The notes under the pieces are model-generated. The model was not told the DNA's origin, searched no databases, and worked only from the letters and a program-made list of their open reading frames with translations. The translations under genes were made by a program, and so were the position numbers. This document shows, piece after piece, positions 33,519 through 45,880 of a stretch of DNA of 64,000 nt. Location of the stretch: assembly GCA_963836185.1 (NCBI GenBank), contig CAWIIQ010000001.1:1632001-1696000 (forward strand), in the 5' to 3' direction. Source of the stretch: Candidatus Krumholzibacteriia bacterium (GTDB lineage Bacteria > Krumholzibacteriota > Krumholzibacteriia > Krumholzibacteriales > Krumholzibacteriaceae). Positions within the stretch are counted from its first letter, which is position 1; every line of letters starts with the position of its first letter.

Positions 33519-35606
33519 ATGCAGGAAGAAACATTCGAGTCGACACAGCATGACCCCGGGATACCCGGGACAATGGAGAAAAAGGAGGGTGGAGACCCTG
33601 CGGGCAGGAACAACCTGTCGTATCTCAAGATCTTTGATCAGGTCAGCGAGGAAGAACTCGAAGACCGGGAGCCTACCGAAGAAGACTGGCTCAAAATGGT
33701 GGACGCGTTACCCGCCGAGATCCAGGAGCTTAAAGAGGGCAAGATCGTCAAGGGGACCGTCTATTCCGTGAGTGAAAAGGAAGTCATCCTCGACGTCGGA
33801 TTCAAGAGCGAGGGTACGATTCCTATCGCTGAATTCGCCAACTGCGCAGAAGTCAAGCACGGCGATGCCTTCGATGTCTTTCTCGAGAAGATGGAGAACC
33901 AGGACGGGCTTATCGTCCTCTCCAAGATCAAGGCCGATTTCCTCAAGGCCTGGGACGAGATCAAGGATTCATACGACAGCGGCCGGGTCGTTACCGCGAC
34001 CGTCGACAGACGGATCAAGGGCGGACTGGTCGTCAAGCTCATGGGCGTCGATGCGTTCCTTCCCGGATCGCAGATCGCGCTCAGGCAGGTTCCCAACCTT
34101 GACGAGATGCTCAGTGAGGATCTCGACTGCAAGATCATCAAGCTCAACAAGAGGCGCCGCAACATCGTCGTCTCTCGCAGGGTGGTCCTGGAAGAGGAAC
34201 GCGAAGAGAAGAAGAAGACTCTGCTTGCCGAGCTCGAAGTCGGCCAGGAGAGAGAGGGAGTCGTCAAGAACATCACCGATTTCGGCGCATTCGTCGATCT
34301 CGGCGGTATCGACGGCCTTCTCCATCTCACCGACCTCACCTGGGGCCGTGTGAGCCATCCTTCGGAAGTAGTCGCGATCAGCGACAAACTCAAGATCAAG
34401 ATCCTCGACTTCGACCGGGAGAGGGAGAGAATCTCTCTCGGCCTCAAGCAGCTCACCCCGTATCCCTGGGAGGGTGTCGATGAGCGATATCCCATCGGGA
34501 AGAAGATGCGAGGCAAGGTCGTATCGATCACCGACTACGGCGCATTCGTCGAGCTGGAAAAGGGTATCGAGGGTCTGATCCATATCTCCGAGATGTCATG
34601 GACAAGGCATGTCAAGCACCCCTCGAAGGTCGTCGCTATAGGCGATACCGTAGAGGCCGTGGTGCTTAACGTCGACAAGGAGCATGAGAAGATCTCGCTC
34701 GGTCTCAAGCAGCTCGAGCCGGATCCGTGGAAGGCTCTCGAGAGCAAGTACCCTCCCGGCACGAGGCTCAGGGGCAAGGTCCGAAACCTTACCAACTTCG
34801 GAGCTTTCGTCGAGATAGAGGACGGCATCGACGGCCTGGTCCATATTTCGGATATGTCATGGGCCAAGAGGATCCGGCATCCATCAGAGATGGTCAAGAA
34901 GGGCGACGACGTGGAAGTCGTTGTACTCGAGATAGACAGCGACAAGAGACGCATCAGCCTCGGCATGAAGCAGACACGGGAAAATCCCTGGACCGAACTC
35001 GCGACCGAATTCAATATCGGCACTGAGACTGACGGTCTGATCACCCGTATCCTCGACAGGGGCGCGGTTGTAGAACTGCGTGACGATGTCGAGGGATTTG
35101 TTCCCCTTTCGCACCTTGGTGTTGAAGGTATGAAGCAGCCTGCCGAGTTTTTCGACAACAACATGACGCTGCCGCTCAAGGTCATCAAGGTCGATCCTCA
35201 GAACAAGCGGATCGTCCTGAGCGTAAATGCCTACTTTGAGGGAAGGAGTGCGGAGGAGCTGGCCGAGTACAGAGAAGCTCATCCCCGCCGTGCCGAAGCC
35301 GTGCCTGATGAGCCGGCAGAGAAGCCTGTCGAGGAGAAGGCAGCCGCTGAAACCATCATTGATGATTATGATGACATCGATGATATCGACATACCGGTCG
35401 AAGAGACTGCTCCGGCAACCGAACCTGAAGCAGTCGAAGAAGCCGTCGTCGAGGAAGCGCCTGTGGTGGAGGAAGCTCCAGTACCGACAGAAGAGCCTGC
35501 AGTGGAAGAGGCTCCAGCCGAACCTGTATCTGAAGAGCCGGAGGCTCCGGCCGCGGATCTGCAGGAAGAAACGGAAGAACCTGAAGATAAAAAGGGGACC
35601 GAATAG
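33519..35606 (+). CDS. rpsA: 30S ribosomal protein S1 with long acidic C-terminal tail
   Basis: Six S1 repeats (FGAFVDLGGIDGLLH, YGAFVELEKGIEGLIH etc.); GGGGAG SD. Confidence 0.96.
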   Translation: MQEETFESTQHDPGIPGTMEKKEGGDPAGRNNLSYLKIFDQVSEEELEDREPTEEDWLKMVDALPAEIQELKEGKIVKGTVYSVSEKEVILDVGFKSEGTIPIAEFANCAEVKHGDAFDVFLEKMENQDGLIVLSKIKADFLKAWDEIKDSYDSGRVVTATVDRRIKGGLVVKLMGVDAFLPGSQIALRQVPNLDEMLSEDLDCKIIKLNKRRRNIVVSRRVVLEEEREEKKKTLLAELEVGQEREGVVKNITDFGAFVDLGGIDGLLHLTDLTWGRVSHPSEVVAISDKLKIKILDFDRERERISLGLKQLTPYPWEGVDERYPIGKKMRGKVVSITDYGAFVELEKGIEGLIHISEMSWTRHVKHPSKVVAIGDTVEAVVLNVDKEHEKISLGLKQLEPDPWKALESKYPPGTRLRGKVRNLTNFGAFVEIEDGIDGLVHISDMSWAKRIRHPSEMVKKGDDVEVVVLEIDSDKRRISLGMKQTRENPWTELATEFNIGTETDGLITRILDRGAVVELRDDVEGFVPLSHLGVEGMKQPAEFFDNNMTLPLKVIKVDPQNKRIVLSVNAYFEGRSAEELAEYREAHPRRAEAVPDEPAEKPVEEKAAAETIIDDYDDIDDIDIPVEETAPATEPEAVEEAVVEEAPVVEEAPVPTEEPAVEEAPAEPVSEEPEAPAADLQEETEEPEDKKGTE

Positions 35607-35637
35607 GCTCCCTGACTATCTATTCAGTTCATTGATC

Positions 35638-35673
35638 AGAAGTGAGGGTGGTGTTCCCACCCTCATTTCTTTT
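35638..35673 (+). terminator. Intrinsic terminator after rpsA
   Basis: Stem gaagtgagggtgg / ccaccctcatttc followed by a T-run. Confidence 0.75.
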
Positions 35674-35694
35674 CCAGCTTCATGGAGACTGGCT

Positions 35695-36996
35695 TTGACT
35701 GGAATCACTGATATTATAAATCCCACATTCTCGATCACCACGCTGGGGTGCAAACTTAATCAGTATGAATCGGAATGCATCCGGCAGGCCCTGGTTTCAA
35801 AGGACTGGGAATTCAGAGCCTTCGGCGAGAACGCTGATTACTACATCATAAATACCTGTACAGTGACGGGGCGAACCGATTCGAGGTGCCGGAACGCTAT
35901 CAGGAGAGCGAGAAAGTACGCGCCCGATTCCACTATCATCGTCACGGGATGCTATGCCGAGACCCAGGCTGAGATACTGGAAAAGATGGCCGAGACAGAC
36001 ATGGTCATTGGCAACGGGGAAAAGGATTCTATCGTTCGTACACTTGAAAGACTTGCCGGGCGGCCGGTATCCGAAGAATCAGACATCCTGGACATCGCCG
36101 ACTTCAGCGAACACTCCAGAGCATTCATTAAAATACAGGAGGGATGCGATGCGTCCTGCACATACTGCATCATACCGAAAGCCAGGGGCAGGAGTCGAAG
36201 CGTACCGTTCGACCGTGTCCTCGCACAGATCAGAAAACTCGTAGATAACGGTATCGAGGAGATCGTTCTCACCGGCATTCATATCGGCAGATACGGCAGG
36301 GATCTCAGCGGCGGCCCCTCTCTCGATGGCCTCATAGAGTCTCTCCTGTCCGAAACAGACTCGCTGCGGATAAGATTGAGCAGCATTGAGGTCAACGAAG
36401 TCACCGACGGAATACTCAATATTATTTCAAGCACCGAAAGGCTCGCGCCACATCTTCATATTCCTCTGCAGAGCGGAGATGACGCAATACTCAATGCGAT
36501 GAACAGGCCTTATGACACGGCATTCTTCAGAGAAAGGATAGAGGCTCTCAGAGCACTGTCGGATGGCATAGGAATAGGGACAGACATAATAACCGGATTC
36601 CCCGGCGAGGACGATTCGAGCTTCAGAAATACATTCGAATTCGTCAGGGATCTTCCCCTGACCTACTTCCACGTATTCTCTTTCTCCAAACGTCCCGGCA
36701 CTCCGGCCGCGAGCATGGATGGACAGGTCGATCCTGAAACGCGGAAACGCCGCAGCAGAAAACTCATCGATCTCGGCAGATCGAAAAAGAGAGAATTCAT
36801 GAGATCATGCACTGGCAGACGCGAGCTTGCCGTGATCCAGGGAAAGGCAAAACGTTTCTCGCGCTTTTCAACGGCGCTTACCGGAAATTACTGCGAGGTC
36901 AGTGTCGACTCATCTTCTTCCCTCAACGGAAGACTTGTCCCCGTCGAGATCACTCACTATTCCAGGGGAAGGCTTTATGGAAGGACCGGACCATGA
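35695..36996 (+). CDS. mtaB: tRNA t6A methylthiotransferase MtaB
   Basis: TLGCKLNQYES, INTCTVT, KIQEGCDASCTYCIIP radical SAM motif, LTGIHIG, HVFSFS.RPGT; the TTG start is inferred. Confidence 0.9.
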   Translation: MTGITDIINPTFSITTLGCKLNQYESECIRQALVSKDWEFRAFGENADYYIINTCTVTGRTDSRCRNAIRRARKYAPDSTIIVTGCYAETQAEILEKMAETDMVIGNGEKDSIVRTLERLAGRPVSEESDILDIADFSEHSRAFIKIQEGCDASCTYCIIPKARGRSRSVPFDRVLAQIRKLVDNGIEEIVLTGIHIGRYGRDLSGGPSLDGLIESLLSETDSLRIRLSSIEVNEVTDGILNIISSTERLAPHLHIPLQSGDDAILNAMNRPYDTAFFRERIEALRALSDGIGIGTDIITGFPGEDDSSFRNTFEFVRDLPLTYFHVFSFSKRPGTPAASMDGQVDPETRKRRSRKLIDLGRSKKREFMRSCTGRRELAVIQGKAKRFSRFSTALTGNYCEVSVDSSSSLNGRLVPVEITHYSRGRLYGRTGP

Positions 36997-38297
36997 GTTC
37001 GAGGAAGGTCTACCTGGAATCTTTCGGCTGCCAGATGAACGCCTTCGATTCAGAGGTTCTCGAATCCATGCTGGAGGGCGAAGGATTTGTGATCTCTGAT
37101 GACCCTTCGACGGCTGACGCGATCCTGGTCAATACGTGCAGCGTAAGGGAAAATGCCGAGAGAAGAGCGATCGGGCGCCTCAATGATCTCTCCCGGAACA
37201 AAGACGCCGTCCTGGCAGTCTGCGGCTGCATGGCACAGAGACTCGGAGACAAACTGTTCGATCTCGTACCGGCTCTGGACGTCATCGCCGGACCGGACAC
37301 CTATTCGGAACTCCCATCCGCTATCCTGGCTGTCATCTCGGGAGAGAGAAGGACAGTCCTTGTCGAAAGTGACGCGACTGTGACCTACAGGCTTGGAAAC
37401 GTTTCCGGCTCATCTCCTTCCAGGTATCTTTCTATTACACGAGGCTGTGAGAACTTCTGCTCCTACTGCATCGTTCCGTACGTAAGGGGGAAGGTCAGAA
37501 GCAAAGGGACAGCGGCAGTCATAGAGGACCTGAGGATTCTCGCCGCGGCGGGAGCAAAAGAGGTGACACTTCTCGGTCAGAACGTGATGGCTTACCGTTC
37601 CGGAGATGTCGGGTTCACCGGGCTCCTCGGCGAAATACTAAAAGAGACAGATATAGAGAGGATCAGATTCCTTACTACTCATCCCAGGGATGTGAATGAA
37701 GGTATTTTCACTCTGATGTCTCAAAACAGACGGATATGCCCGCATATACATCTTCCATTCCAGTCTGGAAGCGACCGGATACTCTCCCTGATGAACAGAG
37801 GGTATACCAGATCGGAATATCTCGACATCATCGACAGGGCAAAAGAGATCTGCCCCGATATATCTTTCACGACTGATGTAATCGTCGGGTTTCCCGGCGA
37901 AACGACCGGCGACTTCGAAGAGACTCTCGCTATTGTCGAGAAAGTGAGATATGACTCTGCGTTTACATTCAAATACTCCCCGAGAGAAGGAACCGAGTCC
38001 GAGGGAATGAAGGACGATGTCCCCACCGAAGTAAAAAAGGAAAGGCTGGAGACGCTGAATGCCGCCATCCAGCGTATAAGGAGGGAGGTCATGGTCTCCC
38101 GGCTGGGATCAACAGAGGAAATCCTCCTTGACGCTCACGTCAAAAAGGGAGAATATCAATATCTGAAAGGAAGAACCCCCCATTTCAGGAACGTACTTGT
38201 CGGTCCGGAAAACCGGAACCCGGGGGATATCATAAACGTAGTACTCAAGGAACTGAGCAACTTTACTTTTATCGGTGAAGAGATCACTGGGAGGTAA
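36993..38297 (+). CDS. miaB: tRNA i6A37 methylthiotransferase MiaB
   Basis: FGCQMN..DS, NTCSVRENAE, GCENFCSYCIVPYVRG, LLGQNV, FKYSPREGT. Confidence 0.94.
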   Translation: MSSRKVYLESFGCQMNAFDSEVLESMLEGEGFVISDDPSTADAILVNTCSVRENAERRAIGRLNDLSRNKDAVLAVCGCMAQRLGDKLFDLVPALDVIAGPDTYSELPSAILAVISGERRTVLVESDATVTYRLGNVSGSSPSRYLSITRGCENFCSYCIVPYVRGKVRSKGTAAVIEDLRILAAAGAKEVTLLGQNVMAYRSGDVGFTGLLGEILKETDIERIRFLTTHPRDVNEGIFTLMSQNRRICPHIHLPFQSGSDRILSLMNRGYTRSEYLDIIDRAKEICPDISFTTDVIVGFPGETTGDFEETLAIVEKVRYDSAFTFKYSPREGTESEGMKDDVPTEVKKERLETLNAAIQRIRREVMVSRLGSTEEILLDAHVKKGEYQYLKGRTPHFRNVLVGPENRNPGDIINVVLKELSNFTFIGEEITGR

Positions 38298-38302
38298 GAC
38301 AG

Positions 38303-38629
38303 GTGTGGATCTTAAGAGGGATCATACTCCTGATCGGCGTAATTGCCCTCGTGTGGCTGGGTATGCTTAATGCCGACCAGAAGGTAGCTGAATTTCATCT
38401 GTTCAACTGGACATTCCATCAACTGCCTGTAAACATAATACTGGTTATTACCTTCCTTGCAGGCATGCTCGTCTGGGCTATCGGCGGATGGGTCAGGGAA
38501 GCCCAGCTTCTGCTTCGAATAAACAAGGAAAAGAAGAACTGCCGGAGGCTTCAGGACGAGATCGAGGCTCTTCGAAACCTGCCCCTGGAAGAAGAATCCG
38601 TGGATGTCCTTCCTGAGGACACGCCCTGA
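38303..38629 (+). CDS. LapA-family membrane protein (lipopolysaccharide assembly protein A)
   Basis: Two TM helices, then a coiled coil ending EIEALRNLPL; directly upstream of a lapB-like gene. Confidence 0.72.
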   Translation: MWILRGIILLIGVIALVWLGMLNADQKVAEFHLFNWTFHQLPVNIILVITFLAGMLVWAIGGWVREAQLLLRINKEKKNCRRLQDEIEALRNLPLEEESVDVLPEDTP

Positions 38630-38644
38630 CAGGAGCATCACCGT

Positions 38645-39790
38645 ATGGATACCCTTAATATCAGGTTGATTGTAATCGGAGTACTTGCTTTCGCCGTTGT
38701 ACTTCTGTCAGTGATAGTGCTCCTGCAGAGAAAGAAAAGGGGAGGAGCGAGACGGAGTAAGTACATCGAAGCGCTCTACGCACTGATCGATGGCAGGAAG
38801 GACGACGCGTACTCTTTTCTGGCGTCCGCCGTCCGTAACGGCGAAGACGATATCGACGCGTATATTCAACTCGGCAAATTGATGCGTGAAAGAGGGCAGG
38901 TCGAAAAGGCACTCCAGCTCCATCGTGGACTCACCGTCAGGCCAGGCCTGACATATGATGATGAAAAAGCCATTCAACTCTCGATTGCGGAAGACCTCGC
39001 CGCGCTGGGCAGGACAGAGCGGGCGATAACAGCGCTTGAGACGGTCCGTAAAAAGAGAAAAGACGCCGATGTGCTCGCAGCCCTTCACCGGCTCTATCAC
39101 ACCCAGGGAGATTTCGAGAACTCGTATGGAGCAATGCGCGAACTTTCCCGTGTCGACGACGCGGTCACGCCGCATATGAGGTCATCCTATCTTACATCCG
39201 TCGCCTGCGCATTACTGGAAACAGGAAATAATGATGAAGCCGGTAAATATCTCGACAAGGCGAGAAAGGAAGACGCATCGTGCCCTGGCGCGCTTTATCT
39301 AAGCGCCGGGCTTGCTATGGATAAAGGCGATCTTAACAGGGCCGTAAAGATGTGGGAAGGACTTCTCTCGATCGATATGGGTTATTTCCCCGAGGTTGCC
39401 GCACTGCTCGAAAAGGCGCTTTTTGAATCGGGAAGGTTTGACGAACTCGAGGGTATTCTTTTAAGACTCCTGGAGAAATATCCGTCCGACGCTCTTTTAC
39501 TTTCGACCCTGGCCGGTTTCTACGCCAAGAAGGGTGAGATATCCCGAGGTATCGATCTGCTTGAAGGCGAGAGAGGCAGGATGACAGGAGACAGGATACT
39601 GGCAATCTCCCTCGCCTCACTTTACATCAAGAGTGGAAGAGTCGATGAAGGGCTCAGCGTTCTTGAGGAAAATGACAAGGTTCCATCCTCCGCCGGCACG
39701 TGGAAATGCGGCAGGTGCGGAGAGACTTACGGTACCAGTCTTGGTTTCTGCAGGGCATGCTGCAGTTACGATTCCATAAGTAAAAAATGA
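38645..39790 (+). CDS. LapB/YciM-like TPR protein with C-terminal rubredoxin-type motif
   Basis: N-terminal TM, 'LGKLMRERGQVEKALQLH' TPR, C-terminal CGRCG...CRAC. Confidence 0.78.
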   Translation: MDTLNIRLIVIGVLAFAVVLLSVIVLLQRKKRGGARRSKYIEALYALIDGRKDDAYSFLASAVRNGEDDIDAYIQLGKLMRERGQVEKALQLHRGLTVRPGLTYDDEKAIQLSIAEDLAALGRTERAITALETVRKKRKDADVLAALHRLYHTQGDFENSYGAMRELSRVDDAVTPHMRSSYLTSVACALLETGNNDEAGKYLDKARKEDASCPGALYLSAGLAMDKGDLNRAVKMWEGLLSIDMGYFPEVAALLEKALFESGRFDELEGILLRLLEKYPSDALLLSTLAGFYAKKGEISRGIDLLEGERGRMTGDRILAISLASLYIKSGRVDEGLSVLEENDKVPSSAGTWKCGRCGETYGTSLGFCRACCSYDSISKK

Positions 39791-40809
39791 CAGCACTCAC
39801 AAAAGCAGCCATGTTCGTGGCCGTGACAACGGCACTGTTCCCCGGAGACGCCGGTGGAGCCGGCCTGCGGACTATCCGCGGTCAGTTCAACCGCAAGGAA
39901 TACACTGCCGCCGAAAAGAGCCTTCGAGAGGAGCTTCCCGGAATGCGAGGCAGGACCCGCGATCAGGCGAGGCTGCTTCTCGCGGATCTCGAAACAGACG
40001 CCGGCAGCGCAGCCTCGACCCTGGAAGACGTCATCAATGCGGGTGACGACAGGGAAGCCCTTAAGGCGCGCATGGAACTGGCCAAGATACATTACTCTAC
40101 CGGCCAGTACCATCAGGCCATCCGGCTTCTGGAGGGCATCCGGGCCGAAGGACGGGGCGGAGATAAATATGAAGCCGTCTATTTCAGGGGACTCTCAAGG
40201 AAACAGCTCGGCGATCTCGATGGCGCAAGAAGGGACTTTGAGAGAGTCGACAGGGGAGACTACCTGCATTGGAGTTATATCGCCCTTGCCGAGATAGATA
40301 TCCGCTCTGGCAGGATCAGTGAAGCGGTAGACCGGTACGAGACGATAGCCGCCGGTCATTCCAGTCCGATAGCCGGATTCCGTCTGGGTGAATGTTACGA
40401 GTTGACCGGAGAGAGAGAAAAAGCACTTCAGACTTACAGAAACGTGGCAAGAAATTTCCCGGGTTCCCCGGAAGCTCCCAAGGCCAGGGAAAAAGTACAG
40501 ATGATAGATTCATCGCTGCAGCGGTCTGGACCGGAAACAAGGGTGGAGGGAGGTGAAGTGGGAGAGATCCCTTCCGCCGGGTACACGCTTCAGTTCGGGG
40601 CCTTCAGCGAAAAAGAGAATGCCCATGCGTTCATCTCTGATCTGAACTCGATGATAGACGATCTGCATATCGAAGTCGCCGAAAGCGGCGGCGGCCTCTG
40701 GTATCGAGTACGCGCCGGGAAATACGTTTCACGTGAGGCGGCTGAAGAGGCTGCCCTGAAGATCATGGAACGCACAGGTTATTCGAGCAAGGTCCTCCCT
40801 CTTGATTAG
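39787..40809 (+). CDS. Exported TPR + SPOR domain protein
   Basis: Signal peptide, TPRs, C-terminal YTLQFGAFSEKENA...WYRVRAG SPOR motif. Confidence 0.82.
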   Translation: MTALTKAAMFVAVTTALFPGDAGGAGLRTIRGQFNRKEYTAAEKSLREELPGMRGRTRDQARLLLADLETDAGSAASTLEDVINAGDDREALKARMELAKIHYSTGQYHQAIRLLEGIRAEGRGGDKYEAVYFRGLSRKQLGDLDGARRDFERVDRGDYLHWSYIALAEIDIRSGRISEAVDRYETIAAGHSSPIAGFRLGECYELTGEREKALQTYRNVARNFPGSPEAPKAREKVQMIDSSLQRSGPETRVEGGEVGEIPSAGYTLQFGAFSEKENAHAFISDLNSMIDDLHIEVAESGGGLWYRVRAGKYVSREAAEEAALKIMERTGYSSKVLPLD

Positions 40810-43392
<2,583 letters not shown>

Positions 43393-43399
43393 GCCCTGA

Positions 43400-43415
43400 T
43401 GGCTTGGTTCTTGCT
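43400..43415 (+). promoter_or_regulatory. Candidate sigma54 -24/-12 promoter for the GAF-domain gene
   Basis: TGGC-ttggttc-TTGCT in the short gap after mutS. Confidence 0.55.
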
Positions 43416-43465
43416 CATTTTCTCACCGGAAAAGCGTGTTTCAGGGTATCTTTCCGGAGGGAAAA

Positions 43466-45745
43466 GTGGAGGCGGCAAAGATAGCCATTCTAGGCGGCGG
43501 TGAGGATGAACTGAATATCCTCAGCGAGTATCACAGAGACCCGGGTTTCGATATCCTGGGGATCTATGACCGCGATCCGAGAGCTGTCGCCATGGAAGTC
43601 GCCGAGATCATCGGTGTTCCTGTTTTCACGGACAGGTCCTTTCTCAAGGCATTCGAAAAGGCGGATTACGTCGTAGTCTCCGGGAAAAGCGGGATCTATA
43701 ATTCGGAACTGGGCATGCTCTCCAATGCCGGAATAAGGATCCTCAATCCTTCTGAAGCCGCTTCGAGCATGGCCGACAGCGCCTCCGAGAACGATATCGA
43801 ACCCGGCGAGAAACCACCCTGGCCGAGACATCTCGAACAGGCGCTGCAGTATATCAACAGGATAACTGATCGAGACAGACTGCTGAAATGGCTTCTCGAG
43901 ATATCTGTAAGAGCCGTCGAAGCCTCTACGGGCTCTATCATGCTGCATTCCGAGAACACGAGCGAACTGTATATCGGCTATGCGATGGGGCTCAGCCAGG
44001 ACGTGGTCTCAAACACGAGACAGAAGGTAGGAACCGGGATCTCCGGCAAGGTGGCCGAGACTGGTGAGGCGCTGCTCGTTCATGATATCGTCGACGATCC
44101 TCTCTACAGGGAGGGACGGGAAAGAGAATCGATAAGCAGCTCGGTATCCGCTCCTCTCACTGTAGGCAAGACGCTGATAGGGGTCCTCAACGTATCTACA
44201 AGCGAGGGGGAGCGCCGGCTGGACGAAAATGACCGGGACACGATAGGCCTTCTGGCGTCGAAGATATCTCCGATCCTCGCGCAGCATCTGAGGATCGACA
44301 CTGAAAAGATACGTGAGACCGAATTCAAGATCAGGAACTACATCGAATCGCTTTTCCAGAGAGACATTGAATTTCATGACAAATTCCTCTTTCTCTGCCG
44401 TGCCCTTGCGGACATCCTTTCCGCGGATACGGTCACGATCTATACTGCCACCGATGAAGGCGACTGGCTCATACTGGGCGGCAGCGACCAGCAGATACAG
44501 GATGGGGGCAGAGCTCCCAGGATCCACTGTATCAAGGGAAGCCTGGCACGCTCCTATGTGAACAGCGAAGAAGTGATGATGACCGAGGCCAATCATGACT
44601 CCGGCCTCAAGATATCCGGGCGCAGGGACGCGCTGACATCGATATATATTCCGCTGGAGCATGAAGATCCCCTGGGCGTGGCACTGTTCGAATTCTCAAG
44701 CCTTGATTCACTTGAGAGCTTCATCAAGATCAAGGACGTCCTGCGATTCCAGCTGGGGTTCTTTGTCTATACCCAGCTCAGAGAGCTCCGGCAGGCCCGC
44801 AAGATGCACAGTCTCGAAGACCTCTCCGGTCTGACTCCGGCACTTATGGGCGCTCCGGTCCTCGCTAAAAAGCTGAAGATGCTTCCAGGGCTGATCTCTC
44901 CGATCATTGGAGCGAGCAAAGGCAGTTTCCACTTCATCGGACATAGGTTAGAGGAAGCGGCCTATCATGGCTTCCCCGAGGACGAAAAGGAATGGTCCAT
45001 CCTCAGGGCTACCGATGAACAGATGCTTCTGCGCGCCCTGGAACAGGGGAAACCTGAATGCATCAGCTTCCTTTCAAGGGATATAGGAGCGTACGACAAC
45101 CCTCCGCCATACAGGTCACTGGTCATCTATCCCTTTGCAGGTGCGGATTTCAGGGCCTACTACCTTGGATACGATCGCGTTCCGGGATCCCCGCTCGATC
45201 CCTCGATCTTCGGTACGCACGAACTCGAGCTTCTCGGCAGGATATCGGAGATAATCCTCCCTATACTTCATGAAAGCGGAGTAGAAAAGCGGGAAGGGAA
45301 AGCGGCATCATTCGATGACCTTCTTCGCTCCAACCAGAAGATCCTTCTGGAAAGGGTAAACGAGGAGATAGAACGCGCCGAGAGGTATCATCACGGATTT
45401 ATCGTAACCCTCTACAAGGTAAACGGTCTGAAGGAAGTGCTCACTACGGAGTACAATGCGACACTCGAGGTGATAAACGAGATTAGTATCGGGGTGCGTA
45501 AACAGGTTCGAAGAACCGACTATTTTTCGTGGATAGAACCGGATATTTTCGCTGTGATCTCCCTTGAAAGCCACCACCGGATCGAATTCCTCGAGCAACG
45601 CCTTCTTGATTTCATAGCCACCGTCCTGAAGAAAAGGAATCTGTTCGTCGAGAACAAAGTCTACCCATCGAGTTCCTTCGCCGTATACCCCGGCGGTTCG
45701 GAGACATCATCCGAACTTATCACCGAGGCGAAAAACCGCTTCTGA
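43466..45745 (+). CDS. Multi-GAF signalling protein with N-terminal Rossmann-like domain and degenerate GGDEF domain
   Basis: GAF motifs (GTGISGKVAETGEALLV, SVSAPL...IGVLNVS); C-terminal EEIERAERY...VRRTDYFSWIEPDIF; GGAGG SD before GTG 43466 (alternative start 43436). Confidence 0.75.
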   Translation: MEAAKIAILGGGEDELNILSEYHRDPGFDILGIYDRDPRAVAMEVAEIIGVPVFTDRSFLKAFEKADYVVVSGKSGIYNSELGMLSNAGIRILNPSEAASSMADSASENDIEPGEKPPWPRHLEQALQYINRITDRDRLLKWLLEISVRAVEASTGSIMLHSENTSELYIGYAMGLSQDVVSNTRQKVGTGISGKVAETGEALLVHDIVDDPLYREGRERESISSSVSAPLTVGKTLIGVLNVSTSEGERRLDENDRDTIGLLASKISPILAQHLRIDTEKIRETEFKIRNYIESLFQRDIEFHDKFLFLCRALADILSADTVTIYTATDEGDWLILGGSDQQIQDGGRAPRIHCIKGSLARSYVNSEEVMMTEANHDSGLKISGRRDALTSIYIPLEHEDPLGVALFEFSSLDSLESFIKIKDVLRFQLGFFVYTQLRELRQARKMHSLEDLSGLTPALMGAPVLAKKLKMLPGLISPIIGASKGSFHFIGHRLEEAAYHGFPEDEKEWSILRATDEQMLLRALEQGKPECISFLSRDIGAYDNPPPYRSLVIYPFAGADFRAYYLGYDRVPGSPLDPSIFGTHELELLGRISEIILPILHESGVEKREGKAASFDDLLRSNQKILLERVNEEIERAERYHHGFIVTLYKVNGLKEVLTTEYNATLEVINEISIGVRKQVRRTDYFSWIEPDIFAVISLESHHRIEFLEQRLLDFIATVLKKRNLFVENKVYPSSSFAVYPGGSETSSELITEAKNRF

Positions 45746-45880
45746 TACTCTCCTGCTGCCCCGTTCATTCTCCGTTGCCATCAGGTAAAATACTGTGTTA
45801 TCTTAAAGGTCCGGATGGTCCCCGATTGGGGCGCCCCGTCCGCATCACAGCCTTAACAGCAATAATAACTGGGTGTTACC

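Noticed and set aside
35227-35694. Long N-terminal extension of MtaB overlapping rpsA
   Set aside because: Alternative-frame read-through of the low-complexity S1 tail that crosses a terminator; MtaB homology starts near 35695.
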